From Folioceros fuciformis (taxonomy: Eukaryota), in contig JBNGIO010006273.1 in NCBI GenBank assembly GCA_049999805.1, positions 115,637 to 160,867 of the forward strand: a DNA stretch of 45,231 nt. The letters run 5' to 3'. Positions 11,093-23,810 of this stretch are shown one piece after another. The notes beneath the pieces were generated by a model. That model saw only the letters and a program-made list of their open reading frames with translations, was not told the DNA's origin and ran no database searches. A program made the translations under genes and the position numbers. The number at the start of each line of letters is the position of its first letter. Position 1 is the first letter of the stretch.

Positions 11093-14000
11093 TCAGTCTG
11101 TAGAGCCGTTGTTCAGATTTTCCATCAGACTGTCCACCTTGTCGTAGATGGCTTTTCTCTGTGGGTGGCCCAAGTCGTCCACCACAAACCGATGAACTTC
11201 ATTCTCTGTCTCAATCCAGGTGGCCCCGGGCCGCTTCGATACTCCTGCCACCTTCATCTGCTTTCTTACCTCAGCAGCCTCCGGGGTTCTGCCGGCTGCG
11301 GCGTAGATGTTGGACATCAGAACATACGGAGCTGCTGCGCCTGGATCGATTTGAATGAGTTGGTCGAAGGCCCGAGCTGCCACTTCCACATTGTTGTGTG
11401 TTTGACATGCCCCGAGGACAGACATCCACAGGCTGGCCTCGGCTGGTACCGGCATTCTTTTGATGAAGTCCTCAGCCTCCTGGAAATGGCCAGCGCGACT
11501 TAGAAGGTCCACCATGCAGGCATAGTGTGTCATGGTGAAGGTGATTCCCAGCTTCTCAGCAGCTGTTGAGAAAATTTGGCAGCCTTCATCTACCAGACCA
11601 CAGTGACTGCAGGCAAAGAGGACAGATATTAAAGTGACCTCGTTGGGCTTGATGCCCTCCTGCTGCATCTGCTGGAACAGTTCCAGGGCTGTTTTAGCCT
11701 GTCCATGCTGGGCGTATGCCCCTATGATCGCATTCCATGACACTACCGTCCGTTTAGGTAAGCTGTCAAACACTCCTCGCGCCTCATCCAAGCTCCCGCC
11801 CTTGGCATACATATCGAGAAGAGTGTTACCAATCACTTCATCTGACTGAAAGCCACTCTTGGTAATCTGGGAATGAAGTTCCTTAACTTCAACTAGGCTG
11901 CTAGAGTCTTTGAGGATGCTTAGGAAAGTTGTTTTGTTCGGTTGGGTGCCTTCGTTTTGCATGTCAAGGAAGAGTGTGAAAGCCTCGTGGCTGATCCCAT
12001 GCTGAGCATAACCACCTATCAGGACATTCCAACAAGCTACGGATTTTTCAGGCAGTTTGTCAAAGAGTTCACGCGCCTCATCCAACCTCCCACATTTTAC
12101 ATACATGTCCACGAGGTTCATCGTCACTGCTGCATCAGACTCCATTCCGCTATTGACCAAATGAGTATGGATCTCCTTGCCTTGGGCCAGAGCAGATGTG
12201 GTGCTACATGCTCTTAGGATGCTCAAGTATGTAGCCTTGTCCGGCTGAATACCTTCTCCAAGCATGTGCCGAAATAACTGCAGGGCCTTCTCTGCATCCC
12301 CTTGTTGAGCATATCCACCAATCAGAACCGTCCACGAGATGACATCGCTCTTTGACAACTTGTGGAAGACTTCGTGTGCCTCGTCCATACTCCCACACTT
12401 GACGTACATGGCCATGAGCGCATTGCCTACTACGTCATCAATCTTTACTCCTCCCTCCAGAAGCTGGGTATGTATTTTCTTGCCTTCGTCAAGGGCTGTG
12501 ATGATTGCACATCCTTTGAGGATGCTCAGAATAGTCACCTTGTCTGGCTCCAAGCCCTCGTCTTGCATTTGCTTGGACAGTAGCAAACCCTCTTGAGCTT
12601 GTCCATGTTGCACATATCCAGCAATCATGGTATTCCACGAAACAACAGTTTTCTCTGGTAGTCCATCAAACAGCTTACGTGCTTCATCAAGGCACCCACA
12701 CTTGGCATAAGTGTCCACAAAAGCATTCCTCAGAACAACGTCCGACTGAACTCCACTCTTAGTCACCTGGAATTCAATTTGTTTCAATTTTTCTAGGGCC
12801 GATATGCTGCCAGCTGCTTGCACAACTGCCAGGAATGTTACTTTATCAGGTTCAATGCCAGCCTGCAGCATTTGCTCATACAGGATAAGCGCCCTCTCAC
12901 CATCTCCATCCTGTGCATAACCTCCGATAATAACCGTCCATGAAACAACATCTGGAGCTGACAAGGAATCGAAGCATTTCTGTGCATCCCGCATGCTCCC
13001 ACATCTGGCATACATGTCGACAAGGGTGCTTCCAACAAGATCATCCTTCTCTAAGCCATATTTCAGCACTTTGGCATGAATAGTTTTAGCCAGACTGAGG
13101 TGCTCCCTGCTCTGACAGGCCTTCAGCAAGCTCAAAAAGGTCATTCTGTCTGGAACCATGCCTTCCTTCAACATCTCAGAGAACAGGTGGACAGCTTCTT
13201 GACTTTGCCCATGCTGGGTGTACGCGCCAATGATTGCATTCCATGAGACTATATCTTGCTGTGGCAATTTACGAAAAATGTTCCTAGCGTCATCAAGGTT
13301 CCCAGCTCTGCCATACATGTCGACAAGGGTGTTGCCAATAGCCGAATCCAACCCCAATCCAACTTCAACCACCTGTGCATGGATCTGTTTGCCCTGTTCC
13401 ACACTCGGAGAACTGCTACATGCCTTAAGAACAGCCAAGAATGTAACCCTGTTGGGCTCCACGCCCTCCTCCTGCATCCGTTTGTAAAGTTGAAGAGCTT
13501 CCTCAAAACGCTTGTGCTGAACATATCCTCCAATTAGGGAATTCCAAGACACCGCGCTTCGTTCAGGCAATGTGTCGAACAGTGCGCGTGCCTCATCCAA
13601 ACTTCCACATTTTGCATACATGTCGACGAGACTGCTACCGATGGCAACATCAATCTTGATGTCGCTGTCTGTAAGCAGCTCATGAATTTGCTTGCCTTCA
13701 AGAAGAGCACCGATGCTGGCACAGCCCTTAAGTGCACCCATGACTGTGATGCGATCTGGCTTCACCCTCTCCTTCTGCATTCTTGTGAAAAGCTGCAGTG
13801 CCTCACCACCTAGCCCATGCTGTGAATACCCACCAATCATAGCATTCCATGAGGCTACGGTCCTCTCAGGCAACCTTTCGAATATATCCCGAGCCTCGTC
13901 GACAGCTCCAAATTTGGCATACATCGCGATCATAGTGTTTGCCACAGTTGTATCTAATTCCAGTCCACATTTAATGAGCTGGGAGTGCAACTGCTTTCCC

Positions 14001-15635
14001 TCAGCTGGGGCAGGAATGTGGGTACATGCCTTCAACAGGTGTGTGAAAGTGAATCTGTCGGGTGTCAACCCCTGCTGTTTCATGGCCTCAAAAAGTTGCA
14101 CTGCCTCTTCACCTTGACCATGGTCAGCGTACGCAGCAATCATGGTACCCCAGGATTCCACATTCTTCTCCAGCATACCGTCAAACACATTCCGTGCCTC
14201 ACTAAGATTACTAATCCTGCCATACATCTTGACTAGAGCATTTCCAATATCAACATCCAGATGATACCCAGCTGCGACAACCTGCCCGTGGATATCCACA
14301 CTTCGATCTGCAAGTATTGCACCATCGATCTGACTAGCTCTAAGGATGGTCAGAAAGGTGAGCCTGTCGGGCTTCACTCCCTCATCTTGCATTCTCTGGA
14401 GCAGCTGGAAGGTTTCCTGACCACGTCCCTCCTGGACATATCCAGCAATCAGCGCATTCCAGGATGCCACTGCCCTTTCTGGCAGCTTACTGAACACCTT
14501 AACCGCGGCATCTAGCCTCCCACATTTCACATACATGGACACAAGAGTTGTCCCCACAACGGCATCCAACTCCAACCCAGTTTCTTTAAGCTGCGCATGC
14601 ACTCGCATGCCCTCATCCAAAGCAAAAATGTTGCCACAAGCCTTAACTATACTGACAGCAGTGCCTTGACTCAGCCTCACCCCAACAAGCTCCATCTCCT
14701 GAGACAGCTCCAGCGCCTGCCACATCTGCCCATGCTGAAGACATGCACCAATAATAGTATTCCAGGACACCACATCCTTCACCATTAACCCGTCAAACAC
14801 GTTCCTGGCCTCCACCAAGCTCCCACATTTCGCATACATGTCCATCAACGTGTTCCCCACAAATAAATTCCGGTCCAAGCCTGCCTCGCAGATGTGCGCA
14901 TGAACCTCCCTCCCCTCCCCCAAAGCTGATGCACTGGCACACGCTTTCAGCACAGCCACAGTAATGTGGTTATTGGACCTCACATCCGACTGCAACATTT
15001 CCCTGTATAACTTGATAGCCTCCTCCCCCTGCCCAGAATGCGCATGTGCCGAGATTATGGCCTGCCATGTATAAGCGTCTGGTTTAAAACCTGACCGAAA
15101 CACTTGGTCTGCTTCCCACAAACTACGGCACGCAGCAAACAGGCGGATAAGATGGTTGTGAAGAAAAGCATTCGACTCGTACCCTGTGCTCGAAATTAGG
15201 GCCCGTACTCGCCTCCCACAGGCCAGGTCCTTTTCCCTGCTGCACCCCAGCAGAAGAAGGTGCAGGGCCCCACTGCTCACCCGCACTCCCTTCTTGTGCA
15301 GACTATCCAGGCACTCAACAGCCTCATCCAGCCGCCCCTCATCACATAGCCTCCCAATAGCTTCCTCTGCATCGCCACCCACAATCAGCACCTCAACAAA
15401 CACATAACAGGATCACTTCTACACACACATAACAAAGCCATCCAGATCCACATACGCCTGCCGGTTGACATATACACATGAGATAACATCGGCGAGCAGG
15501 AAAATTAACATGGAACATTATCTTACTCACGTCATCATCCTGAGCAGGATGTGAGAAATGCAGGAATGCAGCCCGGCAGTAGCGACAAGGAACGCCGGGA
15601 ATCAAAAGCGGCCGGAGCCGACGCCTGAGAGCCAT
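11093..15635 (-). CDS. PLS-class pentatricopeptide repeat protein, E+ type (organellar RNA-editing specificity factor), about 1460 aa, probably mitochondrial
   Basis: Proposed join 15635-15527 and 15366-11093 (GTAAGA...TGCAG intron, 4383 nt = 1461 codons). Exon 1 encodes the Arg-rich presequence MALRRRLRPLL. Twelve ~101-aa L-S-P triplets (LVDMYAKCG...VSWN.II.GY), then L2/S2, E1/E2, PG box KRPGATWIE and E+ (HPQ). Stops before any HxE/CxxC deaminase motif. Confidence 0.95.
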
Positions 15636-15879
15636 GTCACCTCACGGGCTTCCACAAACACAACAAACCCGGGTCAGCGAAGTCAGGTAACAGGTGTACG
15701 CGGGGATCTACATAGGCACTGTATCTCTAAATCCTATATATAGAAAGACATATGTATATGTATCGATACGCAGACTTACAGAATCCGTGCGTGTTTTAGA
15801 GAGCATGAATATGTAAAACCCGGACACGGACGCTCTGGTTCGAACTCGAGGTCTCAAGCTTCTCATTTGCAGGAAGGAA
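15636..15879. promoter_or_regulatory. Compact divergent (bidirectional) promoter region between the PPR and TFIIIC genes
   Basis: Only 244 bp between the two ATGs. TA-rich CTATATATAG tract near 15734-15743 and a TTGCAG acceptor-like site just before ATG 15880. Confidence 0.55.
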
Positions 15880-18800
15880 ATGGAGGAGGAGGAGGAGGAC
15901 TGCGCGACGCTCTCGCTCCAGCAGGAGGCGGAGCAGCGGAATTCGCCGCACAGGAAGCGAAGTTTTGCTGAGACGCTGGCTGCGGATTCTGGTGGTTGGG
16001 ACGGAGAGGGAGATGGCGGAGGCGAGGAGCGGGCCGGGGCAGGGCAGCTGGACGATGATGACGAGTACGGGGACGACGACGAGGAGGAGGAGGAGATGGA
16101 GGATGCAGAGCTGGACGAGGATGGTTTGGAGTCTGCGGGGGACACCGATGGGGAGCAGGAAATGCGGCAGGGGGAGGAGCAAGGGGAGCTGGATCCGCTT
16201 GCGCTAGTGGAGGAGGACGCACAGGGCAAGCTTCCCTATGAGCAATTCGAGCGTCTGGAATACGAGGCTTTGGCTGCGCGCAAGCGGAGGGACAGACAAT
16301 TGGCTAAGAAAGCGTGAGTGCTTCCAAGGATCATCCAGGTTGCGACCATTTGTTTTTGGATTGTTCGCGGGTGGATGCGACAAGGCGTTGGTAATGGCTA
16401 TGTGCAGAGCAGGGGCCCCGGCGCCGAAGAAAGCGAAGTACCAGGATGTGTTCGGAGCTGATGTTGATGAGATCTTGGAGGGATCGTGGTTTCGGTCTCG
16501 ACACCGCGGGAGGGGCGAGGTACCAGGTCGCCTATGTTGCAGCAGCTGGTTGTGTCGATATGCATAGTTGCGCTCATTCGTGGTTTGTGTGACTGTCCAG
16601 CCCAAAAAACGAGGCAGAAAGAAGCTGCCACCGGGGGAGGTGAGGCTGACGCCTGAAGTTAACAAGAAGCTTGGAAATGCAAACTTATTGTATGCTACTG
16701 GGAAGTTCGATGAGGTACTGATAGGAATGTGTTACGATGTTGCGATCCGAGTTTGTGCATCGTGTAGTAAAGAGAGAACTGTATGCTCTTGGGACTTACT
16801 GTGATCTTGTGGTTCGTCATGAAACTCGTGTCCAGGCAATAAAAGTTCTGTCGGAGGTCGTGAAACTGGCGCCATATGTCCCAGATGCATATCATACCCT
16901 CGGCCTGATCCATGAGGCGATGGGGAACAGGAAGAAATCATTGAGCTTTTACATGCTGGCTGCAACTGTGACTCAGAAGGACTCAGCTCTGTGGAAACGT
17001 CTTGCGTCATGGTCAATGTAATGGTGCTGCTCTCTGTCGTGTTAGAGCTTGACAGCTGAGAAAGAATCAAACTATGTTCTTAGGCAGTTTGGAAGGACCG
17101 GGTCTTCCTGGTCTTCCCTTCATGTTCTGATCACTGCTGGCATGTTCTGGACACCATGGAACGTTAATGACGTTGCTTCAATATCTGTAGGGAGCAGGGA
17201 AACATTGTCCAAGTTATTTGGTTGCTTACAAAGGCAATAAAAGCAGACCCTCATGATGAAGACGCAAAGTGGGATCGGGCATCACTCTATGTTGAGTTGG
17301 GAGATTTCAAGAAAGCAGCTGATGCGTATGAGCAAATTTTGGCTTCCCGCCCAAGTGATGTCGAAGCATGCAAGATGGTGTCAAAGGTAATGGGAGTCTT
17401 CATTCAGTTTTCAATGTATAAGACCTTTGCTACCACAGGTGCTGAAGGGATGCCAGCCCTCTGATACTGCGCCTTCGTGCATGTGCAGATGCAACACAAG
17501 ATTGGTAATGTCGAGCGGGCCACCCAGGTGTTAGAAAACTTGTTGGAGGAGCATCCTGCTGAAGCTGATTTGACTGCTGTGAACCTCCTGGCTGAATTGC
17601 ACATGCGGTCTGGGACCTTCTCTCGAGCCATTCTTCAGATTGACCGAGCAAGACACTTATACTGTCCAGAGGGATTGCCTCTAGATCTTGCTGTAAAAGC
17701 TGGAATATGCCATGCGTATTCAGGGAACTTGGAGGATGCCGAGGTGAATGAATGTTGCCAATTTGCTTGTAGCCTGTCGATTGATTTTGGAATGTTACAT
17801 GGATGGATTTCTTTGCTCTTTGAAAAACCAAGTGCTCACTTGTAGTGTTCGCTGAAGCAGATGCATTTTGAAGACCTTCGGAGAGAGAAGGCTGAAGACT
17901 TTGCAGACCTAATATTGGATGTAGGTGATGCCTATCTTGCGTTAGAAGAACATGAGCGAGCTCTCAAGTATCTGAAGATGTTGGATGGAGTCAAGGGTTA
18001 TGACAAAGTATGTCCAGCCCCTGAGGGAATTGTCTTGTCTTGCCCGGATGACGTCATCAAAGTCACATCTTTATGTAGCCGTTTTTTCTTTATGAGACTT
18101 AAGATTTTGTAGATTCTTCGCTCACAACATCTGACCTGCTAAGAATAAGTGAAATGGTGCTTTGCTTTTCAGCCTGAGGTCTGGTTGAAGATTGCTGAGT
18201 GCCATGTTGGGCTCAGATCTTTTAATGATGCTATTCCGGTCTACTACCAAGGTTTGTGCTTGTCGTTCATTCAATTATCTGCCATTCATGCAGCCTGGAA
18301 AACTGAAGGCTAAGTTGCTGGTCTGGAACCGTGAACGCCTCTATTGTGGATCCAGTGGTAAAAGAGCTACCACATCATGTTGAAGCGCGACTGATATTGG
18401 CGACTTTTCTTTACAATCTCAACAGAGACGAGGAAGCATTGGCTTTACTTGTACCACCAGGTTCTTTAACATACTCAAGTTGGTTGGAAAACATTTTGGT
18501 AATGTGCAAGGAGTTGCCTGATGCAGTTGAGCACCACACCTGTTCTGTCCAGGTGTTGAACCACATGGAACTGCGGAAACTCCTGGAGAGGAGCAGGCAT
18601 GGTGGAGGGATCCCAAAGTGAGGCTGTACCTTGCAGAAGTTTACTACAACCAGAAAAGGAATTTGGACTACGTGGAGGTCATGCTGCCTCTCATTCAAGA
18701 GTCTCTGCAACTGGATGCTTTAAATCAGAAGGTGCAGGACTGCACTCTTTCTCTGCTGTTTTAAGCCTTGCTTTGCGACTCACATTTTTCTGAAACTTCC

Positions 18801-20679
18801 CAGGAAAGACAAGCCAAAGCTCGAAAGGGGCTTCACAGTAGTGTGCTTGAAGCTAGAGTGCGCCTGCTTAACGAACCACAGCTAGAGGAAGTATTCCAAG
18901 GCTTTTCAAAGCCTATAGCGTCACGTCTGGACCTGTGAGTTTCCGTTGTCATCTGGATTCTCGGGGCCTGAGTTCTTCATGTTCTTTTGAGAGTATGTGC
19001 TAAAATTCCTGTGGCTGCTATCGGTTGCCTTCACTCAGGGCAAAGGCTGTCAGGGCAAAGAAACAGCTAGCTAAAAGGGCTGCTCAGAAGGAGGAGAAAA
19101 AGGTAGCTGCGTTAGAGGCTGGGCTTGAATGGGAGAGTGATGAGGACTCAGATGAACCACCGGTAAAACAAATGAGAATCCCCCACCTGGTGCATTTTTT
19201 CGCTGGCTCCTCACCATGTCTTAAGCTAGTTTATACGCGGTGTATCAGGAAATGAATTTGAAGGTTCCACCCTTACCAAATCTGGTCAAGGATGATGAAC
19301 ACTATTCCCAATTGATTCGGGTTGGCATTCTTACGGGTTTCAGTTGCTTGTGCAACTTGAATTTGGTTTTGGTCACTTGTTGGGGTTGCCTAATTAGCTA
19401 GGTGATGGTGTTTGATTCCAGGTATTACAAACATGTAAGGCGCTTGGATCAATGGGAAAGTATTTCCAAGCTCTCGACGTGATTCATAACGTGTTGGCAA
19501 CTGCTCATAATGTGCCCAAGGAGAAAAGGGATGAGCTCCGAGCTCTTGGAGCTCGTATGGCACTCTGCAACTTATGTTTCAACCCCAGTAATGCGTGCAC
19601 TGGCCGAAGATTTCTTTCCATAACTTCCGTATGTCGCTGCAGAGATTGCATACAAAACAAGAGATTCAAGGCATGGCTATGAATGTGTGCGGTACATGGT
19701 CCAACAACATCCCTACAGCAATGAGATGTGGAACTGCTATTATCAAGTTGTTTCGCCGTAAGTATCTCCAACGAGCCCCATGCTCTTTATTATACCTCAT
19801 TTGGTTCTCTACTGACAGTTTGCATGTTTCAGAGCTATTATGAACCGAGCAGAGGCTCGTGTTCCTAAACACAACAAGTTCATGCTGCAAATGAGGGGGA
19901 GATATCCTGATTGCTTACCTGCAATTATGATTTATGGTCACCAGTTTGCAATGATAAGTCAGCCTCAAGGAGCTTTACGGGAGTACCTTCAGGCTTACAA
20001 ATATAAACCCGACAACCCTTTTGTGTGCCTCTGCATAGGTAGGTGACGCTGAACTTGTAAAAGTTTTAGCTCGTCTGTTTGGTGTATCTAGTCACCTGAG
20101 ACTGTTTTTCCAACCCTGACTTTTGGCCTTGCGAAAGACAGGGGGTTACTGTCTGTCGCCTCATGTCATCCTTCGTCTCTGTGTAGGAGTTGCGTTGATC
20201 AACCTGTCTCTTGGTTTCCGCCTAAGCAATCGTAATCAAACTATATTGCAAGGTTTCGCCTTCTTGTACCAATATCAGCGTCTGTCCAAATACACACAGG
20301 TAATGCTGGTCTTGTGGAGCGTGCATTTGTGTGAAGCAATTGTGGGGACACGGAAACCTGAGTGCGGTCGGGGTTATTACAGGAATCTAACTACAACATC
20401 GCTCGAGCGTTTCATCATGTGGGCATAACACATTTAGCGGTTCTGTACTATGAGAAGGTTTTAGCCCATGTGGAGAAGGACCACCCGATTGTCAGACTCC
20501 CTCATCAAAAAGGTGATTTTGAGCCTCAAGTTCCAGAGGTCCTTCGAGGAAGTTCCGTAAAACATCTCGGTCATTGCGACTTGAGGCGAGAAGCTGCGCA
20601 CAACCTTCATTTAATATACCTTAAAAGTGGTGCGGTGGATCTCGCCAGACAAGTATTAAAAGATCATTGTTCTTTCTAG
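15880..20679 (+). CDS. GTF3C3: General transcription factor IIIC polypeptide 3 (Tfc4/TFIIIC102-like TPR protein), about 18 exons
   Basis: Acidic N-terminus, EYEALAARKR, TPR repeats (LGNANLLYATGKFDEA, PDAYHTLGLIHE, LWKRLASWS), and C-terminal ESNYNIARAFHHVG...CDLRREAAHNLHLIYLKSGAVDLARQVLKDHCSF. Consistent GT-AG introns, mostly 70-170 nt. Confidence 0.92.
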
Positions 20680-21676
20680 TGTTTTGTCTTTCGAGTCGGA
20701 GGGCGTACACTTGCAGGAGCTCTATCGGCACAGAACTTTGACCATCCGAGCCTAGGGTTTCTAGCTCTTCGCAAGCTCTGAGTGATACGGTATAGACCAA
20801 GTGAACTTGCAGCGAGACGCAAGGGATTGTGTAGAATTTTTTTCCTAGAGTTCCCGAGTTAAGCTGGCTTCCCTATCAAGTCGTTTCTTTCTCCGATAGG
20901 AGGAACGTGCACGAGGACGTTTTATAACAGGGACAGTACTTTTGAATATGCCCACGCCGCACGCGGAATGCGCATGTCATTGCAAAATTCACTTTGTGAT
21001 CAAATGGTTTGAAATGAAATGCGGGGTCGTGGGACTAACACCCTGTGCCCTTAGGTGCGGTGGCTTTTTACTTTCTTGGAGTTTTCTCATCTTTTATTCA
21101 AGAACCAAATTTAGGTAAAGAGCAAAGTCAGGTACACCATTGATTAGAAAGTTGGGTTTTTGATATATTTATATATAATTTATGATTAGGTCATAACATC
21201 AAAAAATTAAGTTGCATGTTTGGTATTGTTGAGGCTACTTATCTGAGGAGGGAAGAACCATGGAGCCTTCTTTTTAATACTTAAGTACGAAATCTATTTT
21301 TTTGCTCTAATAGATATTACCAAAGCATAGATAAGGGTAAGGGTCTTCAAGCATGGAATACCGATACGGTCAGGCTTTGACACAAAGTTTTGCACAGTGG
21401 TATGCCGTCCAAACTTTTGGATGTCACAAATGTGCCTCCTTCAATCGTAGGGCATTATCTAGGTATCCCGATGGAAACAAACCTTATGTGTCACATTTTC
21501 TCATACTGGGTCAGTCACTCATTCACTCATTTTTTTGTTAGGGTTTGTGGTTCAACATCCATCTAGGATATGCCAGGTTCCCAGCAGTTCTTGCAGCATG
21601 GAGCGCTCAATTCCTTTCCTGAGAAAGTGGTAGGCATTGGTAGAGATCCCCTAGCTTTGAGCACTAACATTTGTGT

Positions 21677-21849
21677 ATGTGAGCCTTGTGTGTTAGGAAC
21701 CATTGACCCTTGCAGTTGTGGCAAACCACGAGATCCTATGTGAGCCTTGTGTGTCAGGAACCATTGACCCTTGCAGTTGTGGCAAACCACGAGATCCTAT
21801 GTGAGCCTTGTGTGTCAGGAACCATTTGTGGCAAACCATGAGATCCTAT
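21677..21849. repeat. 61-bp tandem repeat, about 2.8 copies
   Basis: GAGCCTTGTGTG(T/C)AGGAACCATT starts at 21681, 21742 and 21803; the third copy is internally deleted. Confidence 0.92.
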
Positions 21850-22223
21850 AGGGAAATCCTATATGCGCATGCAATTTGTGGTATGAAGATGGTCCAGAGG
21901 CTGAAAATGCCTTTGAATACTAGGTTTTGTTGAAGCCCTACATGGAGTTAGAAGCTTTGCATCATTTGCAAAGATTTTGCTGAATTGGTGTGAAGGTGTC
22001 ATAGGCTGCTAATTCACGTGCCTCTAAAATTTGTGAGGTCAATTGTTGTGTGATGGTAGCAAATATGTGTTCCCTAATTGTGAGGAATGATCACCTGTCA
22101 ACGTTTTCATTCAGTTTTAAATAGTTGCAAACATCCCGAACACCAAGTGCCTAAAGTTCTAATGGTCATGGCACGTACTTCATAGCCCATTTCATGCAAG
22201 GCATGGAGACGAAGCGAGCTCCT

Positions 22224-22473
22224 AAGCTTGCACACGTTCAAACNNNNNNNNNNNNNNNNNNNNNNNNNNNNNNNNNNNNNNNNNNNNNNNNNNNNNNNNN
22301 NNNNNNNNNNNNNNNNNNNNNNNNNNNNNNNNNNNNNNNNNNNTTCAAACCTTGTGGGCTGGAGGGAAGAAGGCCTCATGAGCTTACACACCTTCAAACC
22401 TTGTGGGCTGGAGGGAAGAAGGCCTCATGAGCTTACACACCTTCAAACCTTACCGGGCTGGAGGGAAGAAGGC
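22224..22473. repeat. 49-bp tandem repeat spanning a 100-N assembly gap (22244-22343)
   Basis: TTCAAACCTT..GGGCTGGAGGGAAGAAGGC units start at 22344, 22393 and 22442. The left gap flank AAGCTTGCACACGTTCAAAC matches the unit junction. Confidence 0.88.
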
Positions 22474-23810
22474 GGAGGGCGGCAGGCTCTATCACACGCG
22501 CAGGGCTCCTCCTCCTTCCTCTGGAATGCTCATATACAATACGAGCATTGGTACTAGATTCTTAGGTATAATCCTGTATGAAGTATGTCTTTGAGGAAAA
22601 AAAAGAATGTGTCTCCAACCACTTGTCCCTATCAATATTCCATATTCAAGACCATAAGCACTTATTGCTAAGGAACGTTTGTACATTCAAACATTGTTAA
22701 GAGTACCCTATCCTAATCTTCTATGCTCTGCATATATAGTCCCACCTATCCCAAAATAAATCTATGTGGATTGTTTTTGAAATGCCCTAATAAAAGAGGG
22801 CGGACGTTACTTCCTTTCTAACTAATCTAGTGATGTAATCATGAGAAGGAGAAGGCGTTGAGTGGTACAGTTAACCGACGCTGTGCTATTGTCCGCCGAC
22901 TGCGGCGTTGTTCCTCCCGTTGCTGTCACCTCCCACACACAGTCAATGGTCTACTTCTCCAGGGTGATGGGGATCTCATTCAAGACATGATCGCAATTGC
23001 GTAGAAAAAATGTTGTGGAGTGCGAAACTCTGACCACGAAGTATTCTATCTGCAAACGGGATGGGCAATGTGTCGACTGTGCTTAGAAATGCTGCTGCTA
23101 TTTGCACGTTCCAACGCAGCACTACTGATTTGTAGGCCACTTTGACTTCAAACACACAAGGTTCCCAGATGAGACGGGATGCGCATCACGGGATTGTGCG
23201 TCTCCAACACCCTGCCCTTACGATGTGGTGTCTTTCTTGCATCCTGCCTGGTTTGATCATACATTTCTTGCTGTACGTACTTTCACGGATGTGCCGTGCT
23301 TTCCGCGGGGGCGAAGGAGGGGGAAGAAGGAAGGAGGCCGAGGCAGTCAAAAGCGCTACAAGTCAGGATGACGAAGAAACAAGCATGACAACACTCTCAC
23401 GCACTACGTGTTGAGGCAATGGTTTCCAAGAATTATTGCCGACCTTGGATGCACGGCCTGTCCACGAAACTGCAGTCCGACTGCGCTACATTTTGATGGC
23501 CACGGAACTTCTTGCTCGGACGCATCGCACTCCGTTCCTCCACGCACTGGAGACAGTAAGCTTTCCAGATGACAAATGACTCTACACTCTTAGGGTTCAG
23601 ATGCGGCACATTGAAACCGTTACTTGACCGGTTGTGTTGCAAGTGGCTGTCTGTATGTCGCTGCAGGAACAGCAGGATTCAGAAACATCTTGGCTAAATT
23701 TGACACTCGGATTTTGTTGCAGGACGTTGGAATCCAGGATCGGGGCACATATCTGAGCTCAATCTCTTCGTCAGGCTAGTTGGTATAGTGCTCTACGACT
23801 GCACGCGACC

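Noticed and set aside
20700-21230. tRNA, snRNA or rRNA genes in intergenic regions
   Set aside because: I saw no cloverleaf, A/B box or rRNA signature by eye. tRNAscan-SE and Infernal would be decisive.
22791-22811. GAGGGCGGACGTTACT resembling the gypsy LTR end (possible solo LTR)
   Set aside because: No matching AGTAA start with a TCCTT TSD upstream, and no further similarity to the LTR.
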